A stretch of 64,000 nucleotides of DNA, taken from positions 2,608 to 66,607 of the forward strand of contig CACYYS010000013.1 in NCBI GenBank assembly GCA_902778725.1, given 5' to 3'. Each line of letters begins with the position of its first letter. Within the stretch, counting starts at the first letter, position 1. This DNA comes from an uncultured Ruminococcus sp. Its GTDB lineage: Bacteria; Bacillota; Clostridia; Oscillospirales; CAG-272. The position numbers and the translations under genes are program-made. A model generated the notes under the pieces. The model was not told the origin of the DNA. It was given only the letters and a program-made list of their open reading frames with translations, and did no database searches. This document shows positions 61,544 to 64,000 of the stretch, piece by piece.

Positions 61544-62271
61544 CAGAGGACCTCCTCGGTGACGATCTCGGCTTCGAGGTTGGTTTTTCCGTCCCGGCGG
61601 ACGGTGCGGAAGAAGAAGACGCCGTCACCCGCGTCGGCGCGGTAGACCTTGAGGGTCTCGCCGGCGGCGGCCTCGGTGAGGTAAGAGAGGGAGAAACGGA
61701 CGGGGCGGCGTTTTTCCGGCTCGGGGAGGAAGTCGCAGACGAAGTCGGCGTAGCGGGTATTGTTCATATGGCCGTTGCGGTCGGTCTCGGAGAAGTAGAC
61801 CTGCCGCTCCCCGACGAGGGAGAAGCGCTCCTGCGGGGGGAGGGAGAGGCGGGCGGGGAGATCGAGATCGAGGAGGGCGTCGGTGCGGTAATGCGTTTCG
61901 ACGGAGGCGACGCGGACGGGGCGGCGGCGTGCGAGATCGAGGAGCGCGAAGGAGGCGACGGCCTCCGCCATCGGGACGCCGTCCCGGAGCAGGCGGTAGC
62001 AGCGGCCGCAGGTAAGGGGTCCGCCGATCTCGGCGGCCCAGGTCTCTCCCTCGACCCGGTCCCCGGCGGAGAGCTCCCCGTAGATGCTGACGGTCATATG
62101 CATGACGACGTAGGCGTAGCCCTGCTCCCAAAGGGCGGTCATGGAGGGGCCGTCCTCGGCGGTGGCGTACTCGGCGGTCTCCTGCATCTCGCGCAGGATC
62201 GCGGTGGGACGGAGGAAGCCGGAGGCGCTGATGTCGTGCGAATGTACGGTAAAGGTTCTCGTATATTTCAT
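61543..62271 (-). CDS. acyl-ACP thioesterase
   Basis: Double hot-dog layout. FTVHSHDISASGFLRP and TDRNGHMNNTRY. Confidence 0.75.
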   Translation of the reverse strand: MKYTRTFTVHSHDISASGFLRPTAILREMQETAEYATAEDGPSMTALWEQGYAYVVMHMTVSIYGELSAGDRVEGETWAAEIGGPLTCGRCYRLLRDGVPMAEAVASFALLDLARRRPVRVASVETHYRTDALLDLDLPARLSLPPQERFSLVGERQVYFSETDRNGHMNNTRYADFVCDFLPEPEKRRPVRFSLSYLTEAAAGETLKVYRADAGDGVFFFRTVRRDGKTNLEAEIVTEEVL

Positions 62272-62331
62272 CGTTTCAAGAGGAAGCGGACGCGGGGGAG
62301 CGCGTCCGCTTCAGATCCTTTTTCTGTTTTT

Positions 62332-63270
62332 TCAGGCCTTGCCGTTGCAGCCGAGGACGTCGACGAGCTTGTGCCGGACCATCTCCTTGATGTTCTGGCG
62401 GGCGGGCTTGAGGTATTCGCGGGGATCGAACTTGTCCGGATGCTCGTAGAAGAACTGGCGGATGGAGGCGGTCATGGCGAGGCGCAGGTCGGAGTCGATG
62501 TTGATCTTGCAGACGGCGCGGCGCGCGGCCTCGCGGAGCTGCTCCTCGGGGATACCGATGGCGCCGGGCATCGCGCCGCCGTAGCGGTTGATCAGGTCGA
62601 CGAACTGCTGCGGGACGGAGGAGGAGCCGTGGAGCACGATCGGGAAGCCGGGCAGGCGGCGGGCGACCTCGTCGAGGATATCGAAGCGGAGCTGGGGCTT
62701 GGTGCCGGGCTTGAACTTATAGGCGCCGTGGGAGGTGCCGATGGCGATGGCGAGCGAATCGACGCCGGTGCGGGAGACGAACTCCTCGACCTCCTCGGGC
62801 CGGGTATAGGAGGACGCGCCCTCCTCGACCTTGACGTCGTCCTCGATGCCGGCGAGGGTGCCGAGCTCCCCTTCCACGACGACGCCGTGGGCGTGGGCGT
62901 ACTCGACGACCTTGCGGGTAAGGGCGATGTTGTCCTCGAAGGAGTGGGCGGAGCCGTCGATCATCACGGAGGTGAAGCCCCCGTCGATGCACGCCTTGCA
63001 GGTCTCGAAGTCGGGACCGTGGTCGAGGTGCAGGACGATCGGGATCTCGGGGCATTCGATCACGGCGGCCTCGACGAGCTTGACAAGGTAGGTGTGGTTC
63101 GCGTAGGCGCGCGCGCCCTTGGAGACCTGCAGGATGACCGGCGCCTTTTCCTCGCGGCACGCCTCGGTGATCCCCTGGACGATCTCCATATTGTTGACGT
63201 TGAAGGCGCCGACGGCGTAGCCGCCCTCGTACGCTTTTTTGAACATTTCGGTGCTGGTGACAAGAGCCAT
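62332..63270 (-). CDS. fba: class II fructose-1,6-bisphosphate aldolase
   Basis: GAFNVNNME, LHLDHG and VLHGSS motifs. Confidence 0.92.
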   Translation of the reverse strand: MALVTSTEMFKKAYEGGYAVGAFNVNNMEIVQGITEACREEKAPVILQVSKGARAYANHTYLVKLVEAAVIECPEIPIVLHLDHGPDFETCKACIDGGFTSVMIDGSAHSFEDNIALTRKVVEYAHAHGVVVEGELGTLAGIEDDVKVEEGASSYTRPEEVEEFVSRTGVDSLAIAIGTSHGAYKFKPGTKPQLRFDILDEVARRLPGFPIVLHGSSSVPQQFVDLINRYGGAMPGAIGIPEEQLREAARRAVCKINIDSDLRLAMTASIRQFFYEHPDKFDPREYLKPARQNIKEMVRHKLVDVLGCNGKA

Positions 63271-63382
63271 GGAAACTTCCTCCGTTTTTTCTTTTTTTCT
63301 CCCTTATTTTACCACTCTCCGGGGGGAAAATCAAGGGCGAGGCAAAGAAAAAACCGCCTCCGGCAAAGAAAAAAACGGGCGC

Positions 63383-63835
63383 TCAGGTCGGGCGCCCGTC
63401 CGGAGGGAGGGAGGCTGTGTCCCGCCGCCGGGAGGCGGCGGCGGGCGCGCCGGCGGAGGGGACGGCGCGGGCGGGCGCGTAAGCGGCGCCGGAAAGCCCG
63501 AAGCTGACGGAGATGGCGCGCTCCACCTCGTCCATCATCCGCGCGTCCAGCCTGCCGATCCGCTCGCGGAGCCGGCGCTTGTCGAGGGTGCGGATCTGCT
63601 CGAGCAGGACGACCGAGTCGCGCGAGAGCCCCGTCTCCCCCGAGGGGACGCCGATGTGGGTGGGGAGCCGCGCCTTCTCCGTGCGGCTGGTGATCGCCGC
63701 CGCGATCACCGTAGGGCTGTACCGGTTGCCGACGTCGTTCTGGATGATCAGCACCGGCCGCATCCCGCCCTGCTCCGAGCCGACCACCGGACTGAGGTCG
63801 GCGTAGTAGATCTCGCCTCTGTGTATGCTGTTCAC
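63383..63835 (-). CDS. mazF: MazF/PemK-type endoribonuclease toxin with ~35-aa Ala/Pro/Arg-rich C-terminal extension
   Basis: [29 protein letters not shown] signature. GTG start at 63835 with an AAGGAGAG RBS. The stop lies in the loop of a terminator hairpin (acgggcgc..gcgcccgt plus a T-run on the minus strand). Confidence 0.75.
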   Translation of the reverse strand: MNSIHRGEIYYADLSPVVGSEQGGMRPVLIIQNDVGNRYSPTVIAAAITSRTEKARLPTHIGVPSGETGLSRDSVVLLEQIRTLDKRRLRERIGRLDARMMDEVERAISVSFGLSGAAYAPARAVPSAGAPAAASRRRDTASLPPDGRPT

Positions 63836-63916
63836 GCTTTCTCTCCTTTCGGGGGACCGCTCCGTCCCTCTCTTATTCTTCCCCGCTTCCCCCCGCCGTA
63901 AACAGGATATGCAAAA

Positions 63917-64000
63917 CCTTCTTTTCTGAAGAAAAGAAGGCAAAAGACTTTTTGAAGGGACAGGGAAAAGAAAAAGCGTATTCAAAGAAGCTCCTTCCCC
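63917..64000 (+). repeat. dispersed intergenic repeat, module A (copy cut by window end)
   Basis: ccttcttttctgaagaaaagaaggcaaaagactttttgaagggacagggaaaagaaaaagcg..caaagaagctccttcccc matches copies at 15413, 60041 and 60725 (inverted). Confidence 0.85.

Overview
By eye, this is a GC-rich chromosomal segment that looks like a Clostridia-type Firmicute. Genes are densely packed and mostly on the minus strand. All family calls come from motif recognition by eye; no searches were run.

Housekeeping and catabolic content:
- A rhamnose locus: GH78 alpha-L-rhamnosidase, rhaB, rhaA and rhaD.
- A GH3 beta-glucosidase, mnmA, an ABC-2 exporter pair and luxS.
- An ispH-S1 fusion, plsC, cmk, trmB, fba and an RpiR regulator.
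- Two tRNAs: a CAU-anticodon tRNA and tRNA-Leu(CAA).

Two visibly AT-richer accessory segments stand out:
1. About 4.3-8.9 kb. It holds two near-consensus promoters, a (GTCA)16 microsatellite, three lipoprotein genes, a small unknown gene, and a free-standing reverse transcriptase. A 138-nt stem-closed structured element lies immediately upstream of the RT. The segment sits between an intact permease gene and a ~90-bp frame-broken relic of that gene's 5' coding region.
2. About 38.3-48.75 kb. It ends at the 3' end of tRNA-Leu(CAA) and has no integrase. It carries a type I R-M operon (hsdR-hsdM-hsdS) extended by a RelA/SpoT-homologue gene and a T5orf172/GIY-YIG-like gene. It also carries an AAA ATPase (DUF4143-like), a helically phased ATTTCGC repeat array, and a membrane/zinc-ribbon protein.

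The best candidates for something new are the RT plus upstream RNA element (possibly an ncRNA-templated defence RT) and the RelA/SpoT homologue embedded in the R-M operon (possibly an abortive-infection effector).

Other observations:
- Several families of hairpin-rich intergenic repeats, including a MITE-like element with ~130-bp terminal inverted repeats.
- A duplicated tRNA 3' end.
- An apparent flavoprotein-Cmk read-through fusion.
- A mazF-like toxin with no adjacent antitoxin.

Many long ORFs in the supplied track are antisense artefacts of the high GC content and were not called.
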